Source: an uncultured Flammeovirgaceae bacterium
GTDB lineage: Bacteria > Bacteroidota > Bacteroidia > Cytophagales > Cyclobacteriaceae
DNA length: 64,000 bases
NCBI GenBank assembly: GCA_937883755.1
Contig: CAKZYA010000066.1
Location: forward strand, 12,897 to 76,896
Direction of reading: 5' to 3'
Shown here: piece after piece, positions 18,099 through 28,233 of the stretch
Layout of the letters: each line of letters opens with the position of its first letter
Numbering within the stretch: position 1 is the first letter of the stretch
Made by a program: the position numbers and the translations under genes
Notes under the pieces: generated by a model
Database searches by the model: none
The model's input: the letters and a program-made list of their open reading frames with translations, nothing else
What the model was told of the DNA's origin: nothing

Positions 18099-19457
18099 AT
18101 GAGGATGAAGATTAAAAATAAATTAGCGTTGATGTACACAGTGCTGACCTTAACGTTATTGACTGTGCTTTGTGTATCTATCTATTATAGATTCGAGTAC
18201 TTTACTCGGGACAATTTTTTTCAGAGAATCACCGAAAGAGCTTTCATTGTTGCGAAGTTTCATCTTGACAAAGACGATGTAAGCACTACTATTTATGAAA
18301 GCATTATTAAAGAGTATCTTCAAATACTTCCCCTGGAAAAGGAGTATATATTTCAAATAAATCAGAACAACTTTTCTATTATTCAAGATTCTCTACCCAT
18401 CCCTGAGTCTTTTATAGCAGAAATAAGCCAACACAATATTGCTTATCATATAGACCATGATCTTTTAAGTTGGGTCGGGATATACTATCCTGATAACCAA
18501 GGAGATTTTGTAGTATTGGTTACAGCATTGGATGAATCGGGTATTCTTAAACTAGATAAGCTACGTAATATATTGGTAAGTGGGGTGCTAATTAGCACCA
18601 TGATTCTGTTTTTCGTTGGTCGCTGGTTTGCGGGTATTATGCTAAATCCCATGAGTAAGATCACTAGATATGTAAAGAAGATTAAAGCGCATAATCTTCA
18701 TCTCAGGGTACCTGAACCTACTCAGAAAGATGAGTTAAGGGAACTCAGCGTTACTTTTAACGAAATGCTCAACAGTTTGGAGATGACACTAAATGTTCAC
18801 CAAAACTTTATTAATAATGCCTCACATGAGCTAAAAACTCCCCTCACCTCTATACTAGGTGAAGCGGAATACGCTCTATCTAAATCAAGAACGGCGGAGG
18901 AGTATGAAAGGATAGTAGGAAACATCAATAAGGCTGCTCTACGATTAGAAAAGTTGACATATGAATTGCTTCAACTAAATCACTCTTACACAAAAATTTC
19001 ACCTGAATTTTTCGATACACTTTACCTTGACGAGGTTATATATGAGTTATTGTATACTGATGAAAAATACGGGGAGCAAAAAATCCAGTTTCAGCCCTCT
19101 ACAGATAACCATCGGAGGTCTATTAAAGCTAATAAGCAGCTTATTCAGATTGCTCTGAGAAATGTGTTGGATAATGCGCTCAAGTTTTCAAATAGAAAAG
19201 GAATAGTAGTTACTTCATGGTATACTGAAAATATGATTACTCTGGAAGTTACCGATAGAGGAATTGGCATTCCTCCTGATGAAATAGTATACGTTACACA
19301 ACCGCTTTATCGAGGAGCAAACGTAAAAACATTCTCAGGTTATGGAATAGGATTATCATTGACAGAGAATATTATCAAGTTACACGGAGGGTGTATCAAG
19401 GTAAGGTCCGAGCAAAACAAGGGCACTAAAGTGTCTATAGCTTTGCCTACCTGTTAA
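18099..19457 (+). CDS. Sensor histidine kinase (two TM segments, HAMP, HisKA, HATPase_c)
   Basis: 452 aa. H-box FINNASHELKTPLTSILG. N-box LRNVLDNALKFS. G-boxes DRGIGIPPDE and GYGIGLSL. The gene starts 4 nt after the response-regulator stop. Confidence 0.9.
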   Translation: MRMKIKNKLALMYTVLTLTLLTVLCVSIYYRFEYFTRDNFFQRITERAFIVAKFHLDKDDVSTTIYESIIKEYLQILPLEKEYIFQINQNNFSIIQDSLPIPESFIAEISQHNIAYHIDHDLLSWVGIYYPDNQGDFVVLVTALDESGILKLDKLRNILVSGVLISTMILFFVGRWFAGIMLNPMSKITRYVKKIKAHNLHLRVPEPTQKDELRELSVTFNEMLNSLEMTLNVHQNFINNASHELKTPLTSILGEAEYALSKSRTAEEYERIVGNINKAALRLEKLTYELLQLNHSYTKISPEFFDTLYLDEVIYELLYTDEKYGEQKIQFQPSTDNHRRSIKANKQLIQIALRNVLDNALKFSNRKGIVVTSWYTENMITLEVTDRGIGIPPDEIVYVTQPLYRGANVKTFSGYGIGLSLTENIIKLHGGCIKVRSEQNKGTKVSIALPTC

Positions 19458-19584
19458 AATTCTAATTAGATTTTAAGAAGTTCTTAACTCGAGCTTCATC
19501 AATGAACCGTTGAGCATACTAGGAAAACGTAACACAAAACTTTCAGAGATACTCATTAGGTTGAGCCTCCTTCATTGATAAATT

Positions 19585-20409
19585 ATGAAAACCATTGCTG
19601 TACCCACTAGCTTTAGTGTCCAGACTCTTAAAGCAATGCAACTTGCACTACAACTATTTCCTAATGAGATCATTCAATTTATTCTCTTTTCCCAATCGGG
19701 GCTGCCTACAGATATTCAGGATTTGCTGTTTTTACCTTCGAATGAAGAGAAGCTTGCTGTTGAAATTCATGAACATTTTGATCAAGGAATTGCGCTTCTA
19801 AAGAAACGATACGCCTATCAGATTAAACGGGTAGTATACGATCACTTTTGGGGCGACCTACCGTTTGTTATCAAACAGCTCAATGATCAAAATAGCATTG
19901 ATTTTCTCTTGTTTCCTCAGTCAAATAGTTTTAAGAACTATAGTATTCAGTTACTAGAACTGATCAAGATGAGTTTATGCCCCTTGCTATTGGTACCAGA
20001 TACTTACACCGGAGATTGTCTATCTAAAGTAGGCTGGATTATTGACGACAGTTTTAGTCCAGCTATATATCTGCAAGTATCAGATGATTTTTTTTCTGAA
20101 GAACAACCGGAGACTTTATTCATGATAGCTGCTAAAAGAGATAATAATAAATTAAAAGGGTGCCTAGGTTCATTATTGGATATCGGTTTAGTGTCTAGGA
20201 AACTATCTTTTGCATTACATCGCCATTGGGAAAGCAGCCAAGGTTTTATAAGTACTACAATTAGCCATCGTGTAGATCTTATTATTCTTCAACAGAAATA
20301 CAAACGATCTTCGCTGAGGGTAAAAGATAGATTAGTTGAAGAGATTGCATTATCGAGTCCAGTTCCGGTACTGATATTTCCTCGTAATCATTTTGAAAAA
20401 GTAACTTGA
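19585..20409 (+). CDS. Divergent tandem universal-stress-protein-like protein
   Basis: 274 aa. The N-terminus MKTIAVPTSFSVQTLKAMQLALQLF and the C-terminal PVPVLIFP match the beginning and end pattern of Bacteroidota two-domain USPs. Nucleotide-binding motifs are not obvious. Confidence 0.45.
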   Translation: MKTIAVPTSFSVQTLKAMQLALQLFPNEIIQFILFSQSGLPTDIQDLLFLPSNEEKLAVEIHEHFDQGIALLKKRYAYQIKRVVYDHFWGDLPFVIKQLNDQNSIDFLLFPQSNSFKNYSIQLLELIKMSLCPLLLVPDTYTGDCLSKVGWIIDDSFSPAIYLQVSDDFFSEEQPETLFMIAAKRDNNKLKGCLGSLLDIGLVSRKLSFALHRHWESSQGFISTTISHRVDLIILQQKYKRSSLRVKDRLVEEIALSSPVPVLIFPRNHFEKVT

Positions 20410-20451
20410 CTTGCCATCGTATCGCTATTTAGGAGCGATAAATTAGCGAAT

Positions 20452-21411
20452 ATGATAGTATCTCGTAGTATTAAATGGAAACATATATTCTATTATATGT
20501 GGAGAAGTATACTTTATTTTTTTCTCCTCTCAGTATTTGTCTATATTCTTCACATTGAGTTTGATATCAAACAGTTATCTATTCCCTTTAATGTTATCGC
20601 AACCTTAAGTACAGCTCTTGCTATTTATTTAGGTTTCAAAAATAATAATGCCTACGATCGTTGGTGGGAAGCTCGAAAAATCTGGGGATTACTAGTAAAT
20701 TATAGTCGGGTCTGGGCACGGCAAGCCCTCACCATGCCAGTTCTTCCTGAGAGAGTAACCGAGTTTGAATTACAGGCCTGGCAAAGAAAAGTTATCTACC
20801 GCCATATTGCTTTTGTTCATGCACTTCGAGTGTTCCTACGAAAAAGCCATGATTATAACAATAATGGAATAATAGAATTAATTGAGGAACATAACAGATT
20901 TGAAGACATTCGTGAATTTCTCTCACCAGAAGAATTTGAAGAAGCCAAAACAAAAAAGAACCCACCTAACTTTTTGCTACTTCTACAAAGCGATGATCTT
21001 CGTGAAGCTTACAAAAGAGGCTGGCTCTCAGATTATCGGTTTGCCCACTTAGAGGAGACTCTAACTGAGTTTAATAATCACCAAGGTCGCAGTGAGCGTA
21101 TTAAAAACACTCCTCTACCTCGAGCGTATAGTTTTTACTCGCGTCTTTTTGTACATCTACATGGCACTCTAGTGCCACTTGCCTTTATTGAGGATTTAGG
21201 TTGGTTTAATATTCCTCTTTCGTTGATTATTAACTTTGTGTTTTTAGCTCTAGACCAGATTGGCGAAAGAATCGAAGACCCCTTTGAAAACAGAATGGAG
21301 GATACGCCACTCACTTCCATTAGCATCACAGTTGAAGAAAACTTAAAAGAGATGTATGGTGAGCAGCGACTTCCTCAAAAGCCAAAACCAATAGAGGGCA
21401 TCATATTCTAA
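20452..21411 (+). CDS. Bestrophin-family (UPF0187/YneE-like) anion channel
   Basis: 319 aa. TM helices followed by the hallmark FKNNNAYDRWWEARKIWG, then NTPLPRAYSFY and DPFEN. Confidence 0.8.
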   Translation: MIVSRSIKWKHIFYYMWRSILYFFLLSVFVYILHIEFDIKQLSIPFNVIATLSTALAIYLGFKNNNAYDRWWEARKIWGLLVNYSRVWARQALTMPVLPERVTEFELQAWQRKVIYRHIAFVHALRVFLRKSHDYNNNGIIELIEEHNRFEDIREFLSPEEFEEAKTKKNPPNFLLLLQSDDLREAYKRGWLSDYRFAHLEETLTEFNNHQGRSERIKNTPLPRAYSFYSRLFVHLHGTLVPLAFIEDLGWFNIPLSLIINFVFLALDQIGERIEDPFENRMEDTPLTSISITVEENLKEMYGEQRLPQKPKPIEGIIF

Positions 21412-21592
21412 GATAGACGTTAAAATTCTTAAATAACCAATTTTTTGGAGTAGGTATTAGAGAAAAGATTGCTTCCCTTGCTGTCAAGTCAGTTTTCTCT
21501 TTTGAGTAACACCACCTGGTTACTACTAAAAAAGACTAATTAAGCGACATTCCGATAGCAAATAGTGTTTACTAAACAACGTGTAGCAAACT

Positions 21593-22618
21593 CTAAGTTT
21601 GAACCGGAACCGACCGCTTGGCCGATTCGTACACCGCTTCTTGTACTCGCAGAGTTTTCAAATAATCTGAGCCATTGGTTTCAAAGGGCTGATCATTAAG
21701 TAGGCAGTCTACGAAATGCTGCTGAGTAGTGTAGCAACAATCACCTGCAAATCCTCGATCTTCATGATGGTAGTGATGCTCCCGCTCAGCTTTTCCCAGA
21801 GGTTGAGTCGTTAGTTTTCCATCGGCGTAGAGGCGGATACTGCCCTGATTACCTTCTATCAACATTTCGCCGAAGGTATAGCGAGGGTTAGGCTGATTGC
21901 TTTCATTGTAGCGATTGGCATCGGCAATACCCGTGCTGCCATTAGCAAATTGGAAGACCATTAGTGCCGAATCTTCTCCCTTAATCACCGGATTCAAGGT
22001 TTTAAGTTGAGCGTAAACACTATCAATTTCACCCACTAGATAACGAAATACATCAATAAAGTGTACTCCCGTTTCGTAGACGAAAAGTTTAGGCATCTCT
22101 CGGAAGTAAGGCTGGCGATCCAGATAGGCATCTTCGCCCCAGCCATCACCCATGCGGCAACGCAAGTTCAGCATATGTAAATGGTCGCCAATCACTCGTT
22201 GCTCCAATAGCTTTTTAATTTCTCGGTGCCAAGGCTGAAAGCGAAAATTCTCGTGAACCATAAAGCGGACACCCGACTGCTGAGCAGCCCGTACTAGAGC
22301 TTCCGCTTCTTGGTACGTAGGGGCCAGCGGTTTCTGGCAGATTACGTTAATCCCTCTATCAAAAGCCTGCTGGCAGATTTCTTGGTGGGTAGCCGGAGGA
22401 GTAATTACATCTACGAAGTCCGGTTGTTCTTGATCCAACATCTTCTCGTAGTCAGTGTATACCTTCGAAATATTAAATTTTTGGGCGATGGCTTCAGCTT
22501 TATCCTGATCGGTGTCGCATAGGGCAGCAATCTGAATGGAAGGAATACGCTGCCAACCATTGTGGTGAAACTGACTGAAGTAACCGGCACCAATACAAAC
22601 TCCTTTAAGTTGGGTCAT
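21593..22618 (-). CDS. Gfo/Idh/MocA family NAD(P)-dependent oxidoreductase
   Basis: The track ORF begins at TTG 22642. ATG at 22618 gives MTQLKGVCIGAGYFSQFH, a Rossmann GxGxxS. The motif VICQKPLA is typical of the family. Confidence 0.85.
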   Translation of the reverse strand: MTQLKGVCIGAGYFSQFHHNGWQRIPSIQIAALCDTDQDKAEAIAQKFNISKVYTDYEKMLDQEQPDFVDVITPPATHQEICQQAFDRGINVICQKPLAPTYQEAEALVRAAQQSGVRFMVHENFRFQPWHREIKKLLEQRVIGDHLHMLNLRCRMGDGWGEDAYLDRQPYFREMPKLFVYETGVHFIDVFRYLVGEIDSVYAQLKTLNPVIKGEDSALMVFQFANGSTGIADANRYNESNQPNPRYTFGEMLIEGNQGSIRLYADGKLTTQPLGKAEREHHYHHEDRGFAGDCCYTTQQHFVDCLLNDQPFETNGSDYLKTLRVQEAVYESAKRSVPVQT

Positions 22619-22826
22619 AGTGATGATAATTTTGAGAACCAAGTTAATCTGTTTCTCATCAGAAAAGGTAAAATAGGCTGAGTATCTATGAGCATCGACG
22701 GCTAACTGATACGATTTTGCTAAACTGCTATAATTTTTTAGTTATTTTGATAATTTGTTACTATTGATGTTATCATTTGCTTGTTATTGAATAATAGGTA
22801 ATTTAGAGACAAAGAGATGAAAGACA

Positions 22827-23420
22827 ATGGGCGGTAAAAATCCCAAAAGTGAAACAGCACTAATTGCAGCCTTAAAAAAGGGAAATCAAGAGGCCTTTAG
22901 CCAGCTTTTCTTTGCTTACGAGAAAAAGCTATACTTTTTTTCTTATAAGCTACTACAATCCCATGCGGATGCTGAAGAAGTGGTACAGGAAGTTTTCCTT
23001 AAGGTTTGGGATAAAAGAGTTACGCTAGATGAACAGCGGTCATTTAATGCTTACCTAATCACTATCGCCAAAAATATTATCTACAATCGAGCCTCGCGTA
23101 AGATCACCGAACATGCTTACCGCGAGTACCTCCAGCGGGCAACACCTTCAATAAGACACCACACTGAAGAGGTTGTGAATTTTTCTGATCTAAATGCTAT
23201 TAGCCACCGCTTTATCAATCAACTACCTGAAAAGAGACGGAAAATATTTTTGCTGAGTCGATTTGAAGGACTGAGCAATCGAGAAATTGCTAAGCAGCTA
23301 AATATTTCAGTGAGTACGGTGGAGAATCAAATGAATAAATCCCTAAAGGCACTAAGAAATTACCTTTACCAGTACGACATTGAAGTACCTCTCTTACTAG
23401 TGATAAGCCTTATTTTTTAA
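22827..23420 (+). CDS. ECF RNA polymerase sigma factor (PUL-associated)
   Basis: 197 aa. Region 2 (FSQLFFAYEKKLYFFSYKLLQSHADAEEVVQEVFLKVW) and region 4 HTH (LSNREIAKQLNISVSTVENQMNKSLKALR). Confidence 0.9.
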   Translation: MGGKNPKSETALIAALKKGNQEAFSQLFFAYEKKLYFFSYKLLQSHADAEEVVQEVFLKVWDKRVTLDEQRSFNAYLITIAKNIIYNRASRKITEHAYREYLQRATPSIRHHTEEVVNFSDLNAISHRFINQLPEKRRKIFLLSRFEGLSNREIAKQLNISVSTVENQMNKSLKALRNYLYQYDIEVPLLLVISLIF

Positions 23421-23508
23421 ATTTCTTCGAGAAATTTTCTTTTGCGATAGGTGCTAACCGATAGTTGGCTGTATTTATAGAAACAGCCTTACTATTCAAC
23501 TCCGCCGT

Positions 23509-24531
23509 ATGGACGTCGAGCTATTAGAGAAATTCTTCCGAAATCAGTGCACTCCTGAAGAAGTTCAACAAGTGCTACGCTGGATGAGCGATCCTGACGA
23601 GAAAGATAATACGCTACGAGAACTGGAAGCTTACTGGAATAGCCTAGATCCCTACACCTCTGAAATAGCGCACGACCAGGAAAAAATACTACAGCTTATT
23701 CAGGAAAAACTACCTCCCTCAAATACTCTTAGTGCCACGCAAGATACTAAGCCGAAAGGCCGAAACGTTCCCCTTTTCACCCCTACTTTTCTGAAAGTTG
23801 CCGCAGTCTTGTTCATTATTTTTTCGGCAACTTTCCTTTTCACCCAATTTTTCTCTGAGTCAAACTCAACAGTTCCGGTAGAACTGGTTACTCGCCAAAA
23901 CCCAGCGGGTCAGAAGTCTACATTTCAGTTACCCGATGGGTCTAAAGTGAAGCTTAACGCCCAAAGTACGCTTACCTATCCACCGACTTTTACCGACACT
24001 TCGAGGGTGTTGCACCTTGAGGGAGAAGCTTTTTTTGAAGTAGCTGAAGACCAGCAACGGCCGTTCACAGTGATTGCGCAGGGATTAACTACCACCGCTC
24101 TGGGTACATCATTCAATGTAAAAGCATACACTGGCGATGAAGCCTCAATTGCGTTAGTAAGCGGAAAAGTTCAGGTAGCGCTTGCCGATGCTTCCAAGAC
24201 CAATAATCAAACTTTTTATTTAAAGCCGGGAGAATCAGTCACTTATCATCAGAATGCAGATAGTCTAGGTGTCGCTGAGTTCAATCTTGAAGATTTGGCG
24301 TGGCGGGAAGGAATATTGGTTTTTCATCACGCGAGTTTTGTGGAAGTTACCAAGGAGTTGGAACGGTGGTACGGGGTTTCATTTCTCGTCCAGGGTACTC
24401 AATCTCAGCCGTGGGATATCAGTGGGCAATTTAAAAATGAGAACCTGGAGAACGTGCTTCTCAACTTAGGGTACGCTGAGAGTTTTGACTTCGCCATTGA
24501 CGAAAAACAGGTAACGATAACCTTTAAATAG
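23509..24531 (+). CDS. FecR-family anti-sigma factor
   Basis: 340 aa with a single TM (AAVLFIIFSATFLF). FecR domain (LPDGSKVKLNAQSTLTYP...LEGEAFFEV) and a C-terminal DUF4974-like domain. Confidence 0.9.
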   Translation: MDVELLEKFFRNQCTPEEVQQVLRWMSDPDEKDNTLRELEAYWNSLDPYTSEIAHDQEKILQLIQEKLPPSNTLSATQDTKPKGRNVPLFTPTFLKVAAVLFIIFSATFLFTQFFSESNSTVPVELVTRQNPAGQKSTFQLPDGSKVKLNAQSTLTYPPTFTDTSRVLHLEGEAFFEVAEDQQRPFTVIAQGLTTTALGTSFNVKAYTGDEASIALVSGKVQVALADASKTNNQTFYLKPGESVTYHQNADSLGVAEFNLEDLAWREGILVFHHASFVEVTKELERWYGVSFLVQGTQSQPWDISGQFKNENLENVLLNLGYAESFDFAIDEKQVTITFK

Positions 24532-24714
24532 ACCTAATATGGTTTACGAAGACAGTAGTTAAAAAAACTAGCGATGCCAGGCACGGCACCGCTAGCACAT
24601 GTTTGCAAGGAAATAACCACCAACAAAGACACCAAGGGGAAGTTGTTGTCACTTTGTCCGGTTACTCCTTATTGCCCAAGAAGTACTTAAGCATCACACA
24701 AACACCTTAAAATT

Positions 24715-27700
24715 ATGAAAAACCGCCTACTAATTCTACTAAAGATGGGCTCTTATTTCGTGGCGTGCGGAATTATTATACAAATGCTGCTCTACAACCT
24801 AGTAGTAGCTGACAATGCTGCGGCTCAAAATGTAAAGAATGTACACGAAGTAACTCTTAGTGTAGACTTTGACAATGCCTCAACCCGAGAGGTACTTCGT
24901 ACTATAGAAATAAAAACTGATTATAAATTTATTTACGACAACCAAGACATTGACAAACGCTTGCGGATTTCTTTTCAGATGGAAGACCACTCGGTAGCCC
25001 AGATACTAACCGAAGTTTCCCGTCAAGCGAAGCTTAAATTCAAACAGGTTAACAATAGTATCAGTGTCCAGAAGTATGCTCCGCGGGCTGATCGCAACCA
25101 ACGGATACAAGTAGATATACTAGAGCAAACTATTAGCGGCAGAATTACCGCTCTTGAGAATGGTGAATCTTTACCCGGAGTCAATATCGTGGCCAAAGGA
25201 ACAACCAACGGAACGGTTTCTGATATTGATGGCAACTATCGTTTGACCGTTGGAGATGACGTCACTACACTCGTATTTTCTTCCGTAGGATATCTGACCG
25301 AAGAGGTAGAAATCAACGGACGTAGCACTATTGACATGGTTCTTTCGCCAGATATTATGTCTCTTTCTGAGGTAGTGGTAGTAGGCTACGGTACTCGTGA
25401 CCGAGCTGATCTGACTGGGGCAGTATCTACCCTTCAAGGCGAAGCCATTTCCGAACTGCCAATCAACTCCGTAGAGCAAGCTTTATCAGGGCAAGTGTCG
25501 GGAGTGCAACTGCGGCAAAACGGAGCCCCGGGCGGCGGGCCGGAAATTTTGGTACGAGGAATAGCCTCTACCGGGAATAATAATGCGCCATTGTATGTGG
25601 TAGATGGTATTCCCCTAGGAAATGTGAACAGTCAGCGCGATAACTTTGTCCTGAATGCGATTGACCCGTCTTCTATTGAGTCTATCAGTGTGCTCAAGGA
25701 TGCTTCTTCCAAAGCGATCTACGGCTCCCGAGCTGCCAATGGCGTAATTGTTATCACAACTAAGCGAGGCAAGGTGGGAAAACCTACCATTACCTTCGGG
25801 GTTTCGGCTGGTCAACAGACCATTCCTGATTTTGAGCGACCACCGCTACTCAATGCCGAAGAACTACGTCAGTACCGCATTCAATTTTTTGAGGATCGGC
25901 TATTTGCCGTTGGCCAGTTAGGTCCTCGGGAGCAAGCCGAGTTAGATCGACTGAATGCATTGGGTGATCAAGGTGAGGGAACCTATTGGTTTGATGAGAT
26001 AACCCGAAATGCCCCAATGATGGATTACAACGTCAACGTCAACGGAGGCTCCGAAAGTGTTCGCTACAATGTTTCGGCGAACTTTCTGGATCAGGACGGT
26101 ACGTTGATTAACACAGATTTTAAGCGCTACGGTATCCGAGCGAATATAGATGTGGATGTAACCGATCGAATTCGCTTTGGGGTAAATATAGCTCCAACTC
26201 ATACGGTAGCTACTGGCGGACGAACGGATTCAGGAAGTAACAACTTTAATATTTTTTCGGCTACGGCTTTATCGCGCTGGACTGATCCTTCTGCGCCCAT
26301 CCGTAGAGAAGATGGGACACTTACCAATGTAGCTCCCGGAAATGTGGCTACTTCCTATAACGCTAATCCGGTTTATTTACTTACAGCTCGTGAAGAACAA
26401 AGAAGAACTAATCAGATACTGGCCGGTTCCTACGTAGAAGTAGATATTATTGAAGGGTTAACGGCTCGCACTTTTGGCTCGGTACAATATATTGACCGCC
26501 GCAATACCACTTTCGAGCCTGCTGATCTTCCGGGAGGAGGTAACATAACCCCTAATCTGTTAGGAACCCGTCAAGCAAGAGCTGGCATCAGTGAGTTTTC
26601 TAATCTGAATCTGATCTGGGAAAATACGCTGAATTACGTGAAGACCATTGGCGATCGTCATCGCATTGATGCGCTAATTGGCTTTACGATGGAAGACCGA
26701 CGGGGAGAAAACACCATTATCAATGCCGTAGATATTGTAGATACCTCGATTCGTATTCCTAACTCTGATAATGTTAATCCCAATAACATCAACAATTTTA
26801 CGGGACGGGGCGAATACAATGCCAATACTTTGGTTTCACTAATTGGGCGGATCGATTATTCTTATATGGATCGCTACTACCTGACCGGAACAATTCGTCG
26901 GGATGGCTCTTCGCGCTTTGGGGTAGATACTCGCTACGGTAATTTTCCTTCTATTGCGGGAGCATGGCGGGTTTCTAACGAAGCTTTCTTCGGAAACGAA
27001 GGCGCAATATCCGATCTGAAAGTAGAAGCCGGCTACGGTATCAGCGGTAGTAATGCCAACGTAGGAAACTATCAGGCACAAGGAAGAATTAACCCTCAAA
27101 ATCCTAGTGCAGCCCGACCTGATTATGTTTTCGGAGGCGAGTTTGCGGCGGGTAGCGCCGTAACTGCCTTGCCCAACTCTCAGCTTACGTGGGAAGAATC
27201 CCAAGAAATCAATTTTGGGGTAGATATTGGGTTTCTAAGAGATCGTTTTTATTTAAGTGCCGATTACTATGATATAGAAACCGCTGGATTCTTATCAAAT
27301 TTACCGTTACCTCGTACCTCAGGCTTCGAGAACATTATTACCAATTTGGGTAGCATCCAGAATCGGGGAGTAGAGATTGAACTTAGCATTAGAAATGTAC
27401 TGAACACTGAAAATTTAGTTTGGGATGCCAAGTTTAATTTTACCCGTAACCGTAGTAAGGTGCTAGAACTAGCGGCTGAATCTGGCTTCATTCGTCCCGG
27501 AGTAATTGCCCGAGCCTTCACCGAAACGGCTGTTGGCGAGGAGGTAGGATTGTACCGGGGTTTTAATGTAACTGGGCTATTCACCCAGGCAGAAATTGAC
27601 GACCCTGATGTACCTAAGTATCCTGGTGCAGTGGAAGGTTCGCTGAAATACGAAGATGGTAACGAGGATGGATCACTAGGAGATGCCGAAGACTTTGTCA

Positions 27701-28224
27701 TTATCGGTAACCCTAATCCAGATTTTACCTACGGGATGGTTCACACCCTCCAATACAATAATTTTGATCTAAACGTAGTGTTTGTTGGAGCCGTCGGTCA
27801 GCAGATATTCAACGGCTTCAACCAGTTCAATGGAAACCAAGACGGTAATTTTAATTTGACTCGCGACCAACTGGAGCGCTGGCGACCTGGCCAAGACCCA
27901 AACGGTGCTGTCATTCCCGGTACGGCTAGCCCAGTCAGCCGCCAACGGTTTCGCCAGCCTAATTCGTTGTTTGTAGAAGATGCTGATTACCTCTGGGTGC
28001 GAAATATTACGCTGGGTTATAATTTAAGTGGCGAAGTAGTTGATAATTTCTTTAAGAACGCTCGCATTTACACCAGTATTCAGAATCCGTTTTTGATTAC
28101 CAACTACGAGAACGGTAATCCGGAGATTAACCGATCCGGTGACACGGCATTGGTCAGAAACGTAAACTACGGTTCATATCCTATCTCTCGCGTATTTACC
28201 GTGGGTATTGACGTAACCTTTTAA
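24715..28224 (+). CDS. SusC/RagA-family TonB-linked outer-membrane transporter with STN domain
   Basis: 1169 aa. STN (VTLSVDFDNASTREVLRTIEIKTDYKFIY). CarbopepD_reg (GRITALENGESLPGVNIVAKGTTNGTVSDIDGNYRL). Plug (VVVVGYGTRDRADLTGAV...NAPLYVVDGIP...AIYGSRAANGVIVITTKRG). C-terminal ...FTVGIDVTF. Confidence 0.95.
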   Translation: MKNRLLILLKMGSYFVACGIIIQMLLYNLVVADNAAAQNVKNVHEVTLSVDFDNASTREVLRTIEIKTDYKFIYDNQDIDKRLRISFQMEDHSVAQILTEVSRQAKLKFKQVNNSISVQKYAPRADRNQRIQVDILEQTISGRITALENGESLPGVNIVAKGTTNGTVSDIDGNYRLTVGDDVTTLVFSSVGYLTEEVEINGRSTIDMVLSPDIMSLSEVVVVGYGTRDRADLTGAVSTLQGEAISELPINSVEQALSGQVSGVQLRQNGAPGGGPEILVRGIASTGNNNAPLYVVDGIPLGNVNSQRDNFVLNAIDPSSIESISVLKDASSKAIYGSRAANGVIVITTKRGKVGKPTITFGVSAGQQTIPDFERPPLLNAEELRQYRIQFFEDRLFAVGQLGPREQAELDRLNALGDQGEGTYWFDEITRNAPMMDYNVNVNGGSESVRYNVSANFLDQDGTLINTDFKRYGIRANIDVDVTDRIRFGVNIAPTHTVATGGRTDSGSNNFNIFSATALSRWTDPSAPIRREDGTLTNVAPGNVATSYNANPVYLLTAREEQRRTNQILAGSYVEVDIIEGLTARTFGSVQYIDRRNTTFEPADLPGGGNITPNLLGTRQARAGISEFSNLNLIWENTLNYVKTIGDRHRIDALIGFTMEDRRGENTIINAVDIVDTSIRIPNSDNVNPNNINNFTGRGEYNANTLVSLIGRIDYSYMDRYYLTGTIRRDGSSRFGVDTRYGNFPSIAGAWRVSNEAFFGNEGAISDLKVEAGYGISGSNANVGNYQAQGRINPQNPSAARPDYVFGGEFAAGSAVTALPNSQLTWEESQEINFGVDIGFLRDRFYLSADYYDIETAGFLSNLPLPRTSGFENIITNLGSIQNRGVEIELSIRNVLNTENLVWDAKFNFTRNRSKVLELAAESGFIRPGVIARAFTETAVGEEVGLYRGFNVTGLFTQAEIDDPDVPKYPGAVEGSLKYEDGNEDGSLGDAEDFVIIGNPNPDFTYGMVHTLQYNNFDLNVVFVGAVGQQIFNGFNQFNGNQDGNFNLTRDQLERWRPGQDPNGAVIPGTASPVSRQRFRQPNSLFVEDADYLWVRNITLGYNLSGEVVDNFFKNARIYTSIQNPFLITNYENGNPEINRSGDTALVRNVNYGSYPISRVFTVGIDVTF

Positions 28225-28233
28225 CCGAAAGTC

